NCBI GenBank assembly: GCA_050273025.1
Contig: CP158635.1
Span: 29,512,001-29,576,000, forward strand
Reading direction: 5' to 3'
DNA from: Cenococcum geophilum
Taxonomy: Eukaryota
DNA: 64,000 nucleotides
The notes beneath the pieces were generated by a model that did not search any database, was not told the DNA's origin, and saw only the letters and a program-made list of their open reading frames with translations. A program made the translations under genes and the position numbers. Position 1 is the stretch's first letter. Each line of letters opens with the position of its first letter. Shown here piece by piece: positions 62,401 to 64,000 of this stretch.

Positions 62401-64000
62401 TAGAACCTCTTATATAGCAATTTCCAACCGTTGCTTTCCCGTGGCATTCAATCTCGAAGGTAAACTGCACAGTTAACTATCTCGTTCTATAGGTTATGTA
62501 GTAAATTGGCAGCAATTCTTATTACTTATGCTCTCTTAATAATTATACCCCCTAAGCGTTCGGCGGTACCGTTCTGTGCTTTGGTATATAGCGCCGAAGG
62601 CTCAAATGTAATCCCTTAGGTCTATAGCCATTTAAGGGTTCTCCTTTTCCCTAGCTCGTTGTCTAATCTAATAGTATTAACTTTAAGGTTATACCTTAGA
62701 CGAATCTATTGGATAAAGTCTTTAAGTACTCGTAGTATCTCCTTCTCCTTACTATGCGTCGTTATAAAATATAGGAAGGTTCTTTTTAAGAAGGTGTTGT
62801 AAATAAGCATAACTTATACAAATCCAGCATGCGCTTTCTTAAGGTTAGTTTAGTTAATATAGAGGTTAAGATAAGGTTTATCAATATTCTGTTCTAAGAA
62901 CCTTCTTAAGACCTAACGCTTGATTTTAGCGAGACTGTAATATTAATATTCCGTTATCTTAGGGCCTTAAAGCTTAACTCCTAGGGCGTTAATACCTAAA
63001 TAATAAAGGCTTATAGGTCCTAGATATCCTAGACGTAGATACTATAAACGTGCATTACCTTTCAAATCTGGACGAGCGTCTCTTAACAATATCCGCTTCC
63101 GTTAACGGCGCGTTAGACAGCTAATATTAAATGCGGATTTTAAGTTTCCTAATTAAACATATTTAATAGTCTATTGTCTATAACGTTCTTCTATTTAATA
63201 TAGGATTGTGTTATCCTTTTAAATAAAAAGATTATTGTCTTCTTTATTATCCTAGTAGTACCCTTATTTTTAAAGTAGACGGAACAACACTAGATTTATA
63301 TTAAAGTCTATATAAAAGGCAACGTCCTTAAGACGTAGGGTTCCCTTACTCTTGTCTAGTTTTATAACTTAGACGGTAATATCGCCGTAGCCTAGTATAG
63401 GCACTTGTAAGCTGCTAGCGATAATATATTTATGTCTTAGAGCTTTCCTTAAGTTATAGAAACGAGAGAGGTTATTAAAGATATAGAAAGTGGTTCCTAA
63501 GTTAAGGATAGTCAATAGCTTTAGTAGATAGAGTTAACCGGTGTAATACGATTCTAGGAATATCATATTAGCTTCTCCCTTAATCTTAACTATCTTATAA
63601 CTCTTCTTATCCTATTATTATTAAGCCTCGTCTTCTTATTCTTTAAGTCTGATCTTTATAACTTAGTTAGTAAGATCCTTATTCCCTTATACCTTCTTTA
63701 GTACCCTATTAATGCAATTCTCTCTAATCATAACTCCTATAGGTCTCTTCTCTTTAAATAAACACTAATAGTCCCAAAGTAAATATCCTTGTCTTTCGCA
63801 CGCTAAGTACTTAGGTGTAGGTTTCTTTTAGGACGTCTCCTTAACTAGTAACCCAGCTCTCTTTAAGTAACTAGTGCGTACTAAGGTCTTTCTTTATAAG
63901 CCTTTAGTAGTATTAGAGTAATCCTTAATGGCTTACTCTGCGAAGTCTGCATTAAAGGTACTCCCCCTTATAGTAGCATTGGCTTTCTTTAAGGGTCTTA
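59475..64000 (-). mobile_element. Ty1/Copia element F (3' LTR to protease/gag; runs off the right edge)
   Basis: LTR 59475-59662 (TGT...ACA) with antisense PPT CATCCCCTT; RT KARLVV, LRKALYGL, FFYV(D)DI; integrase QNGTAERL; protease IL(DS)GTTF ~63490-63511. Confidence 0.92.

Overview
This window is AT-rich, heavily RIP-mutated (TpA-enriched, stop-riddled) repeat DNA from a filamentous ascomycete. I find no intact host gene, and the supplied short ORFs are spurious or fragments of decayed elements. It resolves into a nest of transposons, most with readable ends and target-site duplications (TSDs). Left part: a minus-strand LINE ORF1 is split by a Gypsy/chromovirus (A, 648-20271, TSD GTTAC), which itself holds a second Gypsy (B1) and a Copia (E). 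Next is a plus-strand LINE ORF2 with a 1-kb retroposon insertion and an internal RT inversion. Right part (~25.8-55.5 kb): a candidate large AcademH-type DNA transposon, with a DUF6589-like transposase on + and a convergent RecQ-like helicase on -. These enclose two diverged tandem copies of a divergent gene pair, one member resembling a PhyH-like 2OG-Fe(II) dioxygenase. That block was invaded by a solo LTR, a hAT-like element, Gypsy B2, C and D and a TSD-less insert; D is in turn split by Copia F. Notable extras are an antisense, intron-containing Zn-cluster-like gene inside Gypsy A, and perfect palindrome + CCAAT modules shared between unrelated elements. Protein calls rest on manual translation with mental reversal of RIP, not on database searches.
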